The notes below the pieces were generated by a model. That model was given only the letters and a program-made list of their open reading frames with translations. It was not told the DNA's origin and did no database searches. A DNA stretch of 64,000 nucleotides from Cyanobacteria bacterium P01_F01_bin.150 (GTDB lineage: Bacteria; Cyanobacteriota; Cyanobacteriia; CAKZMO01). This document shows, piece after piece, positions 30,118 to 49,700 of the stretch (position 1 is the stretch's first letter; each line of letters opens with the position of its first letter). A program made the translations under genes and the position numbers. The DNA lies in the NCBI GenBank assembly GCA_039189765.1, contig JBCCYL010000001.1, positions 64,001 through 128,000 of the forward strand. The letters are read 5' to 3'.

Positions 30118-33100
30118 CTAAGTCTGCCCTCCTTGTTCCTGAAGCTGGGCTGTGACATCATCCAAATCCATATTTTCGACTTGTGATAGAAGGTCAGCAA
30201 TTTCATTCTGTTCCTGCTCGGTTGTTAATTGTGGGGGAGGGCTGTTGGGTTTCCTATCGTCAACCCAACCTACGGAGTCGGGGTCTTCGTCAGTGCCACC
30301 TTCTACCTTCTGCCTTCTGCCTTCTGCCTTTTGAAAGTCGTCGCTGAGGTTCTCCTCAATAATCTTGGCAATCCCTGCCACTGTGGGCGACTCAAACAAA
30401 AATTCTCGCATCGGTAAGTCTACATTGAATTCGTTGCGGAGGCGAGATACCGCTTGAATCGCCAAAAGTGAATGACCGCCCAGCTCAAAGAAATTATCGT
30501 GAATTCCCACCTGCCCTATTCCCAGGAGTTCTTGCATAGCCTCGGACACCGCCGTTTCAATGGAATTGCGAGGGGCAACATAGGTGGTGGAAAGCTGAGG
30601 TCGCTGGTGAGCATTGGCCGTGCCGTTATTGTTAAAACCATCTGGATCCAAATCCTTGGTAACGGCTAGCTTGCGAGCATCAATAATCCGCTGAGGTAAG
30701 TCAGTGGGAGATGTGGCAATCTGCATTGGTCCAGGCAGGCCAGACGATTGAATAATCTGGGAAAAGAGGCGATCGCATACGTCATCAACTTCACTCGGCG
30801 TCATCGCCAAATCCACTAATGCCGATCCGGTTATGGCACTCTCTGAATCCACTTCATCATCCCGGCAGGCATCCCAATTAACGCTTAGCCACTGGGGACC
30901 TGTATCTAGCATTGCTGAACGATTTCGCTCTGCTGCCAACGCATCCATAAAATAGTTGGCTCCGCTATAGGCCGAGAATCCCACACCACCCACAACCGAT
31001 GATAAGGATGATTGCAGCCAAAAGAACTCTATGGCCCGATTGCCCAAAGCCTGTTCCAGACTCAACAATCCCTGCATTTTAGATTTAAACTGTTTAGCGA
31101 TCGCCTCAGGCGTTAAATCAGCAATCAGACAGCTCGACTGCCCTCCCATCACTCCAGCATGGACGACGCCCTGAATCGGGCCAAGGATCTCTTCTGCTTG
31201 GGTCAGGAGCGATCGCACCCTATCCGTATCGGTCAAATCCGCACTAAAAAACTCGTATTCTACCTCCTGAGCCGCCAACCCCTGAAGCCGACGAATACAA
31301 TTACTCACCGGATCGCGCTGCCCATGTACCCCCAACCACGGCTCCCACTGGTCCGGCATAGGCATCCCTTCGCGACCAAGCAAAATCAATTTAGCCTGGT
31401 GGGTCTGGGCAAAGTACTGGGCAAAGTACAAACCAAGACCGTCAACTAGATCGCCAGCAATCAGAAGAGTTGGGGAGTTGGGGAGTTGGGGAGTTAGGGA
31501 GTTGGAGGCGTAGGGATTTTGGATTTTAGATTTTGGATTTTGGATAGAGAGTTGGGACGTAAGATCCCAGGGTTCTTGGGAATGCTTTGGCTGCTTTAAC
31601 GAGGTTTGGGCAAAACCCTGGGATCTGGACGCGCTTTCATCTATCTTTAGTAGAAGCGGCGTGTAGCTCTGAACCCACCGACAAAACCCTCGATAGGCAA
31701 CCACGCACGTTCTATCTGCCGTATTGGAGGGTAAAGTGATGTCGGTGAGAATCGAAGCGATCAGGGCTTTTGGAATAGAGCCATTGCCCGATGGACTATT
31801 AATGTCAATCACTTGGCAGCGGATGTGGGGATATTCCTGGGGAATCACCTGGCAGGCTCCTAGAAGAGGAGCGTTGTGAGGGTTTAAGTCTTCTGTTCCT
31901 GTAACATCGTGGATTGGAGGTGTTAGAACCGTGATAGTAACTTCAGAGGGTGTGGATAAAGCTTTTTCAGCCGTTGCACCGTTGCCATTGCCGTTGGAGA
32001 TTGACGCTGTACTGTTGGCCGCTTGCTTAGCCATAATGCGATCGACAGCTTGAGCCAAAAATATCAGGCTACTAAATTGGGAAATGCCTTCTTCACTAGG
32101 ATCAGCCTGCGCTGATGTGTCTTGATTATTCACCAGTGACCAGCCATGAATAATCGTCTGAGGCAGTCGATTCGAATTTTTCAAGGCCGCTATCAAATCG
32201 TGATAGTCATCAGGACTGGCTGGATTAATTTGGTAAGTGTCTGCATCAAGTTGGGTAAAGCAACCGCCCTTTTGAACAACAATTACAGTCTGCTGGGTTG
32301 ACTGTAACAGGGAAATAAGAGATTGCATTAGTTGTAATTCAGACTTAAACACTAACCAATGTTCAGGAGAAGCCACTCGCCCTTCAGACAATGGCAATGC
32401 CTCCCGCTGCCAGGATGGCTGGTAAAACCACTGACTTATATCGGGATTTTTAGTAGCGGATTTAGCTGATACTGCGTCTTGGGATGCGGATGTGGACGAT
32501 TGCAGATCAACCCAGTAGCGCTGACGCTCGAATGGATAGGTCGGCAGCGGAACACGCCTACGCTGCTCATAGGCATAAAATCCAGCCCAGTCAATATCCG
32601 TACCGTTAAGCCAGAGCAGCCCCAGCGTCTTAAGAATAAGCGCATGATCGGGCTGGGATTCTTGGGGATGACGCAGGGATGTAAGCACAACACCAGGACG
32701 TTCTGCCTGTGCTCGCTTAGCCAGTGTTGCCAGGGTCCGGCTGGGTCCCACCTCTAGCAAGACAGGATAATCGGACTGCCACAGCTTCTCAATGCCATCG
32801 CCAAAGCGCACCGTTTGTCGAATATGTTGCCCCCAGTAGTTGGGATTCGTCGCCTCATCTGCCGTAAGCCAGGTCCCAGTGACATTGGACATCATGGGAA
32901 TAGAGGGAGGGGTGAGTTTAACCTGACTAACCTGTTCCACAAACTGGGGGACAACGGGAGCCATCATGGACGAGTGGAATCCATGGGATGTCTTCAGAAT
33001 CCGTGCATTTAATCCCTCTTTTTGGCAGCGCTGCTCCAGTTGGACGATCGCCCCCTCCGGCCCAGACACCACACAAAGCTCTGCCCCATTGACCACCGCC

Positions 33101-35352
33101 AACTCCGTCTCCGGTTCCAGTAATCGCACTACCTGAACTTCCGATGCCGCCACCGATAGCATAGACCCAGGCTGGCAGCTTTGCATTAGCTGTCCCCGCC
33201 GAGCCACAAGGGCGATCGCATCCTCCAGGGAAAAGACCCCAGCGATCGCCGCCGCCACATATTCGCCAATGCTGTGGCCAATCAATCCCTGAGGACGAAT
33301 ACCCCAGGACATCCATAGCTTTGCTAGAGCATATTCGATAGTAAAGAGGGCTGGCTGGGCGTATTGAGTCGAATTGATTTTAGATTTTAGATTTTGGATT
33401 TTGGACGGATCGGTCCCCCTCCTCGGAGGGGCTAGGGGTGGGTTCTGCCTTCTACCTTCTGCCTTCTGCCTTGGGTCTGCCTTTTGCCTTGATTCATCGG
33501 GATAAATTAAATCCTTTACGTCTAAGTCAATATGCTTATTGAATTCTTCGCAGCATCGATCGACCCATGTGCGAAAGGTGGGTTCGGTATTGTAAAGATC
33601 GCGGCCCATATTGACATATTGACTGCCTTGCCCCGAAAACATAAAGGTAATGGGCGGATTGTCAGCAACAGGCGATTGGGTAAAACAGTACTGGGCATTA
33701 AGGGTGGCAAGGGCATCGGTGGCGCTGGTGTGATCGGCACAAATGGCGATGCGACGATGGGGGAGCGATCGCCGCCCTCTCTGTAGCGTATGGGCAATAT
33801 TCGCCAACAACTGATTAGGATTGGCGTTGAGATGGTTGGCGAGATCCGTTGTAGCGGTATCCAGGGCGCTGGTGGTTTTGGCGGACAGCAGCAGCAGTTG
33901 CCAGGGACGAGATGGGTTGGCACTGGCAGGTTTAGAGTTTGGCCCTTCCTCCAAGATAATGTGGGCATTGGTGCCGCCCATACCAAAGGAACTAACTCCG
34001 GCCCGTCGAGGTGTGCCGTTTCGGCTCCAGGGTACTAGTTCGGTATTGACCTCAAAGGGACTGGAGTCAAAATCAATTTTGGGATTGGGAGACTGGAAGT
34101 TAAGACTAGGGGGAATCTTTTGGTGGTGCATGGCCAGGGTCGTCTTGATTAGCCCGCTAATGCCTGCTGCCGCATCCAGATGTCCCACATTGGTTTTAAC
34201 AGAACCAATGGCACAGGTTTTGTCGACTCCGTTAGTGGAGCCATTTGAAGCATTGCCCTGGGTATCTCCCTTAGTCGATGAGCGAAAGACTTTTGTCAGC
34301 GCTGATAGTTCAATCGGATCGCCTAGAGCCGTCCCGGTACCATGAGCTTCTACATAATTAATGGTGTCTGGACTCACATCGGCGTGCTCTAGAGCTGCCG
34401 TAATCACTTCTGCTTGACCGGTAACGCTGGGAGCTGTTAGCCCTACCTTTTGGGCACCATCGTTGTTAATGGCTGAACCCTTGACAACGGCATAAATGGT
34501 ATCTCCATCGGCGATCGCCCTACTCAATCGCTTCAATACCACAATGCCAACCCCATTGCCAAATACCGTCCCCTGCCCGTCAGCATCAAAGGCTCGACAA
34601 TGGCCATCAGGGGACAGCACTCCATCTTCCTGAAAGATATAGCCCGAAGGTGTGGGACTACTGATCGATACTCCCCCAGCCAGCGCCATATCACACTCGC
34701 CCCGGAGAATGCTCTGACTAGCGGTATGCACGGACACCAATGATGTGGAGCATCCCGTTTGAATACCGCAGCTTGGTCCGGTCAGGTTCAATTTATAGGA
34801 CACACGGGTGGGCATTAGTCCCATCACATTGCTGATCACAGCCTGTACCCCATCTACCGAATCCCGAAAGGCCGGATTGCTATGGAGATTAATCAGATAG
34901 CTATTCAGTGCCGCCCCACCATAGACACCAATTTTACCTTCGTATTGCTCTGGGTCGTATCCCGCATGCTCCAGCGCCGTCCAGGCACACTCCAAAAACA
35001 GACGATGCTGGGGTTCAATAATTTCCGCTTCCCTGGGAGAATAGCCAAAAAATGCCGCATCAAACCCACCCACATCTTCGCAACTCGCATAGGCTCGAAC
35101 ATAATTGGGGCGATCGCGCTCAGCCGGACCCACCCCCGCTGCATCCAGCTCTTCATCGGACAAAAAGCGAATCCCCACTCGGCCCTGGCTCAACAACTGC
35201 CAAAACTCATCCACCGTCTCCGCCCCCGGAAACCGCCCCGCCATCCCAACAATGGCAACTCGCTCCTGCTTCTCACGCTGGATCGCTTCAATCTGGGTTC
35301 GAGCCTCTTTTAAGGCGCTTAAAATACGTTGGGATGAGTCTAAAGTGGTCAT
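30118..35352 (-). CDS. Type I PKS module KS-AT-KR(degenerate)-carrier protein
   Basis: KS: IQTGCSTS, HGTGT, NVGHL. AT: FSGQG, GHSIGE, TSHGFHS. KR-like: IAGDLVDGLG ... FSAYSGAN. Carrier FELGGHSLL. Same architecture as 5369-10426. Confidence 0.95.
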   Translation of the reverse strand: MTTLDSSQRILSALKEARTQIEAIQREKQERVAIVGMAGRFPGAETVDEFWQLLSQGRVGIRFLSDEELDAAGVGPAERDRPNYVRAYASCEDVGGFDAAFFGYSPREAEIIEPQHRLFLECAWTALEHAGYDPEQYEGKIGVYGGAALNSYLINLHSNPAFRDSVDGVQAVISNVMGLMPTRVSYKLNLTGPSCGIQTGCSTSLVSVHTASQSILRGECDMALAGGVSISSPTPSGYIFQEDGVLSPDGHCRAFDADGQGTVFGNGVGIVVLKRLSRAIADGDTIYAVVKGSAINNDGAQKVGLTAPSVTGQAEVITAALEHADVSPDTINYVEAHGTGTALGDPIELSALTKVFRSSTKGDTQGNASNGSTNGVDKTCAIGSVKTNVGHLDAAAGISGLIKTTLAMHHQKIPPSLNFQSPNPKIDFDSSPFEVNTELVPWSRNGTPRRAGVSSFGMGGTNAHIILEEGPNSKPASANPSRPWQLLLLSAKTTSALDTATTDLANHLNANPNQLLANIAHTLQRGRRSLPHRRIAICADHTSATDALATLNAQYCFTQSPVADNPPITFMFSGQGSQYVNMGRDLYNTEPTFRTWVDRCCEEFNKHIDLDVKDLIYPDESRQKADPRQKAEGRRQNPPLAPPRRGTDPSKIQNLKSKINSTQYAQPALFTIEYALAKLWMSWGIRPQGLIGHSIGEYVAAAIAGVFSLEDAIALVARRGQLMQSCQPGSMLSVAASEVQVVRLLEPETELAVVNGAELCVVSGPEGAIVQLEQRCQKEGLNARILKTSHGFHSSMMAPVVPQFVEQVSQVKLTPPSIPMMSNVTGTWLTADEATNPNYWGQHIRQTVRFGDGIEKLWQSDYPVLLEVGPSRTLATLAKRAQAERPGVVLTSLRHPQESQPDHALILKTLGLLWLNGTDIDWAGFYAYEQRRRVPLPTYPFERQRYWVDLQSSTSASQDAVSAKSATKNPDISQWFYQPSWQREALPLSEGRVASPEHWLVFKSELQLMQSLISLLQSTQQTVIVVQKGGCFTQLDADTYQINPASPDDYHDLIAALKNSNRLPQTIIHGWSLVNNQDTSAQADPSEEGISQFSSLIFLAQAVDRIMAKQAANSTASISNGNGNGATAEKALSTPSEVTITVLTPPIHDVTGTEDLNPHNAPLLGACQVIPQEYPHIRCQVIDINSPSGNGSIPKALIASILTDITLPSNTADRTCVVAYRGFCRWVQSYTPLLLKIDESASRSQGFAQTSLKQPKHSQEPWDLTSQLSIQNPKSKIQNPYASNSLTPQLPNSPTLLIAGDLVDGLGLYFAQYFAQTHQAKLILLGREGMPMPDQWEPWLGVHGQRDPVSNCIRRLQGLAAQEVEYEFFSADLTDTDRVRSLLTQAEEILGPIQGVVHAGVMGGQSSCLIADLTPEAIAKQFKSKMQGLLSLEQALGNRAIEFFWLQSSLSSVVGGVGFSAYSGANYFMDALAAERNRSAMLDTGPQWLSVNWDACRDDEVDSESAITGSALVDLAMTPSEVDDVCDRLFSQIIQSSGLPGPMQIATSPTDLPQRIIDARKLAVTKDLDPDGFNNNGTANAHQRPQLSTTYVAPRNSIETAVSEAMQELLGIGQVGIHDNFFELGGHSLLAIQAVSRLRNEFNVDLPMREFLFESPTVAGIAKIIEENLSDDFQKAEGRRQKVEGGTDEDPDSVGWVDDRKPNSPPPQLTTEQEQNEIADLLSQVENMDLDDVTAQLQEQGGQT

Positions 35353-35487
35353 AGGATAGTGAGTAAATTTTAGATTTTAGATTTTAGATTTTAGATTTTG
35401 GATTTTATAAAGGGGAGTTAGGGAGTTAGGGAGTTAAGGAGTTTTGAATTAGCATTTCTGCCTTTTGCCTTCTGCCTTCTGCCTTTA
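35353..35487. repeat. Intergenic tandem arrays (TTTTAGA)n, (GGGAGTTA)n, (CTTCTGC)n
   Basis: Directly visible between the two PKS genes. Confidence 0.9.
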
Positions 35488-43700
<8,213 letters not shown>

Positions 43701-43704
<4 letters not shown>

Positions 43705-46700
43705 GCACCACCCCCCTGAGCCAATTCCTCAGCCAACAATTCTAACAACTCTTCATCAGAAAACTCACTAAAATCATCCTCGGATGATTTTGGATTTTGG
43801 ATTTTAGACTTTGGATTTTGAAGATCGAGTTGGGGAATTGGGGAGTTAGGGAGTTGTGGAGTGACAGAGGTTCGTTCCCCCTCCTGGGAAGGGCTAGGAG
43901 GGGGTTCTTCTGCCGTTCTTTCCCCTTCATCCTTCTGCCTTCTGCCTTCTGCCTTTAATTCATCCTTCATCCTTCTGCCTTCTGCCTTTAACAGCTTTGG
44001 CAGTAAATGGTTTGCCAACTGATTGACCGTGGGGTAATCAAAAGCGACAGTGGGAGAGAGGGTAAAGCCCAGAGTCGATTGGAGTTTGTTCTTTAATTCC
44101 ACAGAGGTAAGGGAATCCATACCTAAGTCGAAAAATCCTTTGTCCGGGTTAATGTCTTCCGCTTTGAATCCGAGAACTTGAGCAATCTGATGACAGATAT
44201 GGACAGCTAGGGCGGAGTGGCGATCGCTCTCTGGCAACTCCCGTAATATATCGACGAAATTAGAGGTGTCAGAGGGAGCAGAACTGCTGCGGTTTGAGGA
44301 ACTCGATGTGTTTGAAGCTTGCCATGCTCGCTCCAGTTCAGACAAGAATGCCGACTGAATACCGTTTCTAAAGAACTGGGACCAGTTGACGGGCAGGACT
44401 CCCACCTGTGTGGGATTTGTGGTTATGACTTTCTCAAAGGCTCTCACTCCTTGGTTGGGGGCGATCGCTCCAATTCCCATTTCGGCCATGGTTTCATCGG
44501 CTTTGCGCTGGGCGGCTGAGCCAATATCGGACCAGACGCCCCAGTTAATGCTTAATGCGGGTAGCCCTAATGCCCGTCGATGGTGAGCAAGGGTATCAAG
44601 GAACGTATTAGCGGTAACATGATTAGCCTGACCGGGTGAACCGAGCAGTGCCGTGGCAGAGGAGAATAGGATAAAGTGCTCTAAATCTTTTGCGTGGTCT
44701 GACGCTTGGGCCAATTGATGCAGGTTCCAGGCTCCCTGAACCTTTGGACCTAGCACCCGCTCAAAGCGTTCCCAGGTCTGATGCCGCAATACCCCATCAT
44801 CTAGCAATCCTGCTCCATGAATAATGCCCTTTAATGACGGCATGGATTGCTCAAGGTCCTGCATAACCTGGATCATCCCCTTAATGTTAGCCACATCCAC
44901 CGCATAGGTTTGAACCCTTGCCCCCTGAGTCTCCAGGCTTTGAATCCGCTGCTGTTGCTGAGCATCTGGCTCACGACGACTAACCAGGGCAAGATGCTTA
45001 ACGCCTTGTTCCACTAACCAATCGGCAAACTGTAAGCCTAGTCCCCCAAGTCCTCCGGTAATTAGGAAGGTTCCATCCCCGTAGGTTGGGTTAGCGACAG
45101 CGTAACCCAACGGAGTATTTACACTTGCTGAACTATCTTTTGTTGGGTTTTCTTCGTCAACCCAATCTACGTGGGTAATCACAATTTTGCCAACATGCTG
45201 AGCTTGCTGCATGGTGCGGAAGGCTTGGGGTGCATGGTCGATAGGAAATATCATCTGGGGGAGGGGCTGTAAGTCACCATTCTCAAAGTGACGCGCGACC
45301 GCCCCCAACATCTCCTGAATCAGCCCTGGATCTTTGCGGCACTGCTCCACCATATCAACCAAGGTATAGGCAATATCAGGATAAGCTTGGGCAACGCGAT
45401 CGCTACTCCACACATCCCGCTTGCCAATCTCAATAAAGTGCCCCCCCGATTTCACACAGGCCAAGCTCTTGGCAATAAAGTCTCCAGAAAGAGAATTTAA
45501 GACCAGGTCAACCCCTTCGCCTCCAGTCCACTCCATTACTTCATCCGCAAAGTCCAGACTCCGCGAATTCGCCACCCGCGCCACGCCCAACTGACGCACC
45601 TGCTCCCACTTTGCCGGACTCGCCGTAGCAAAAACCTCCGCCCCCGCCAAATGCGCTAGCTGAATCGCTGCTTGGCCAACACCGCCGGAAGCAGCATGAA
45701 CCAAAACGGTTTTGGCTTTTAGATTTTTGGGAGAGGGTTGGGGAGTTAAGGCGTTGGGGCGTTGGGGCGTTGGGGAGGTTCGGTCCCCCTCTTGGGAGGG
45801 GCTAGGAGTAGGTGAATTTTGGATTTTAGATTTTAGATTTTGGAGATCGAGTTGGAGAGTTGAGGAGTTGGGATGTTGGGGAGTTGGCGCACTCCGATCT
45901 CCCTCCTGGGAGAGGTTAGGGGTGGGTTCTTCTGCCTTCTGCCTTCTGCCTTCTGCCTTCTGCCTTCCCAATCCTCCCAAATGATATAGAGCGTAATAGG
46001 CTGTAAGAAATGTCACCGGAAGTGTTGCCGCTTCTTCAACTGTGAGCGATCGCGGACGATAAACCACCAAGTTGGCGTCAATGGTGATGAACTGACTAAA
46101 GCTGCCGGGGGCGATCGCCATCACTTCATCCCCGACTTGAAGAGAATTCTCTCGGCTATCGTTAACCTGACGGCCAACCGCTACAATTCGGCCCACACAC
46201 TCGCAGCCCAGCAGCCCTGGATCGCCAGGGTACAAGTCTAAAGCATTTAGCACATCTCGGAAATTTAGACCTGTCGCCTGTACTTGAATTTCTACTTCGC
46301 TGGGATTAGGCGAGCGCCGTTCAATTGATGCAAAATAGAGATTATCGATCGTGCCTCGTTCTGCAATGGCAAGCCGGAACGGAACCCCACCCCAGCCCTT
46401 CCCTTGGTAAGGTGAGGGGGCCGAACCTCCGCTCATCTCTCTTGCCAAGAAGGTCGCCCCTCCGGTCTTCCCCCTTGCCAAGGGGGGACTAAGGGGGGGG
46501 ATTCTTGAGTTTTCATGGATTGACCACATCTTGTATTGAGTCAAACGAGAGACGTAGCGATCGCTTCCCCTCAAGGCAACTTGATGCTCCAACTGTTTAT
46601 CGCCTTGTTCTGCTTCGGTCTGATAAATTTCATGCCAGAGCGATCGCACTTGCGCCTCTGTCGTCATATTGGCATCTATATCCACGCAGCGGCAGCGTAG

Positions 46701-49700
46701 CTCAGGATATTCGAGGGCGATCGCTTTCCCCATGCCCCACAATAACGATTGGGCCATACCTGAAATCGTTTCAGATTTCTTGCCAGCAGAACTATCAGTA
46801 GAACTATTAGCAGAACTATTAGTAGAAATACCCGTAGAAACGGCATCCTGCGTAATCAGCCATAGCTCTGGTGGTGATGCTAAAGCCCTATGCTCCAAAG
46901 CCTGCACTAGGGTTAACACCTGAGTACAGAGCATTTCTGAATTTATAGACAGTTGCTCACTATCAAGCTGATCGGCCGATGGTGCATCTAGTCCTGCCAG
47001 ATAAATAATCCCGCATAGCTGGGCATGTTGATCGGCGAGTTGATTGATGACCGTATCCAACACCCACCCAATACTTTCAGAAGAATAATCGTCAATAAAA
47101 ATGACTTCAGCATTGCTGGCTGAAGATAGCGTATCGCTATGATTACTAATCAACGAACAGGATTGGGACGGATCGGTGGCAATATGCTGGGCGATCGCCT
47201 TTCCTGCACCCTGCCGATCGGCCCAAATCAGCCAATGCTGCTCTAATTTCTGATTCTCAACACCCTCTACCCTATGTCCAATTCCCCTGTTCTTCCCAGC
47301 CCCCGCCAGCAGGACCGTTTGCTGGGCAATGCCCCCGGCATTTGTCAGGTTAGGAGAAATAATCTGACAATCCTCAAACCCACTATCTGCCAGACACTGC
47401 TGCCAGGTGCTCTCGTCCATTAGCGGATAGTCAGAGCGAACTCTATCATTAAATCGCCACCAACCCTCCGTCAACCCAAAAATTAAATCTAGCCAAAGCG
47501 TTGGCTGAGTGCCCTCCAGAACCACTAGCTGCCCGCCCTCTGCCAGTAGCTGATGCACATGGGTTAACGTTATCTGAATATTTTGAGTCGCATGGAGGAC
47601 GTTGGCGGCAATCACAATATCCCAATGATGTAAAGGCAAGTTTTGGGTATGAGGTGCCTGCTCAATATCCAATACGCGATAGTCCACAAAGGGATACTCT
47701 TGGAATCGCTCCTGAGCATTGGTAAGAAACAGCGGTGACACATCGGTAAACGTATATTCTGTCACTCGATTCTGTAAGTGAGGCAATAGATGAGCGGTGG
47801 TCCCTCCCGTACCTGCGCCAATTTCAAGAATGCGCAGAGGACGATGGGCCGGATAGGCGTTGGCAATTTGGGCGATCACCCCCTGCACCAATTCATTCAT
47901 CAATCGAGGTCCAGGAGAATCCTGATACAGGCGCGTAATCCGAGTTGCATCCCCATTAGGGAACAACAATTGCAGCGGATCGACATCCCCACGCATCACC
48001 GCCGCCAGATTAGACCCACAGTCAGCCAGTAACGATAACTCTGTCTCCGCAACCGGAAATTTCTCCTGTAACTCTTGCTGCAATGCCTCAGGCGTAAGAT
48101 CCCAGGGTTCTTTAAGAACCCTGGGATCTGTGGCACATTCAATCAACCGATCCAATAACCTCTGATGATTGGGCTGAATATTCAAATAGCTAGCTTGAGA
48201 AGGATGCTGATCCCAGCCTAATTCCTGCAATGCTTGAACAGCATAGGCAACGCTTAATTGCTCTAATTGAGGTAGCGCCTGCCCGTAGGTCTGTACCTGA
48301 GATGTTTGAAGCTGCTCAAATGCATGGATAGTAAGGCGATCGCCCACCGTATCCAATCCCGGCAAATCCGCGAGTAACTTCCTACGATGGGGATAAAGCT
48401 GCCAATCAACCCGATAAAACCAATCGTCAATAGAATCTTGATGCTGTACCCCATCAGACGACAGCCGCCCAAATAATTGCGCTGCTGAAACTGGCTGTAA
48501 CCGAACCCCCGTCAAAGTTGCAACTAACTGACCACCACCTTTAGAGAAGCGAATATCAGCAGTCCGATCTTTGGACCGATATTCAACCTCCACCCAAAGC
48601 TGAAGTTGATGGTCATGGCCATCAACTTCACCCTCATTTTCCAATGGATTAAAGACCTGAAAGGAACCAATACCAACAGGCAAATACAGCCCTTGAACCT
48701 TATCTGGCAATGCAGCCCCAATTGATTGCAACCCTGCATCCAATAATGTCGGCTGCAAATTGTAGCGCCTATCAACCCGATTGCTAGGTAAAGATATCTG
48801 AGCGATCGCCCCTCCTTCCCCCTGCCATAATTGTTCAATTACCTGTAGCGAGGGACCATAGTCAATCCCAATCTCTCGATAAGTCCGATAGTAATCAGCA
48901 ACAGCAACAGATTTTAGATTTTGGGGAGAGAGTTGGGGAGTTGGGGAGTTGGGGAGTTGGGGAGTTGGGGAGATTCGGTCCCCCTCTTGGGAGGGGCTAG
49001 GGGTGGGTTCTCCTACCTTTCCAATTTTTCCTTCAGCATGCTGTTGCCACTCATTTGTTGTATTTGATATCGGCTGACTTAGGATTTTGAAGGAATAGTT
49101 ATCGTTGTCCTCTGGGGTTAAAACTAGTTGGACTGTACGCTCGGATGCGTTCGCTCCATCCTTATGTTCCGTATTGTCATCCTCTAAACGATCAGACTGA
49201 TCATCACCAAACACCATCGCTGAACGGATAGCCACATCCTTAACAACCCAAGAACTTTCGGTACCAATAGCTTGCGAATGAGTGGCTTGAGCCGCAGCGA
49301 TCGCCATTTCCAAGTAAGCGGCGGCAGGCAGAATAGCGGCGTCGAGAATCCGATGGTCTTTAATAAAGGAGACGCGATCGCGCTTTAGGACTGACTCAAA
49401 ATGTTTTGTATTGACTCCCGCCAGTGGGACTTGACGATTCAGGAGAGGATGTTTGGAGCGAGTGGATAAATAAGAGGGAGGCTGGGGTTGCTCCATCCAG
49501 TAGCTTTGGCGCTGAAATGGATAAGTCGGTAGAATCAGGCGCTGGCGATTGGGCCAAAAATACTGATCCGATGCGGTTGCATTTGTTGACGTGCCAGAGT
49601 TAACCGCATACATTAAGGCCCAATTAATGTCTTTCCCCTCAACGTAAGCTTTTGCCAAATTTGCAAGAGCCGTTTGGCGTTCAGCTTGCCTAGGGTTTTC

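Noticed and set aside
2277..31626. CRISPR-like reading of the constant arms with 37-nt variable spacers
   Set aside because: The arms are inverted rather than direct, the copies are dispersed singly, the spacers are partly homologous to each other, and there are no cas genes.
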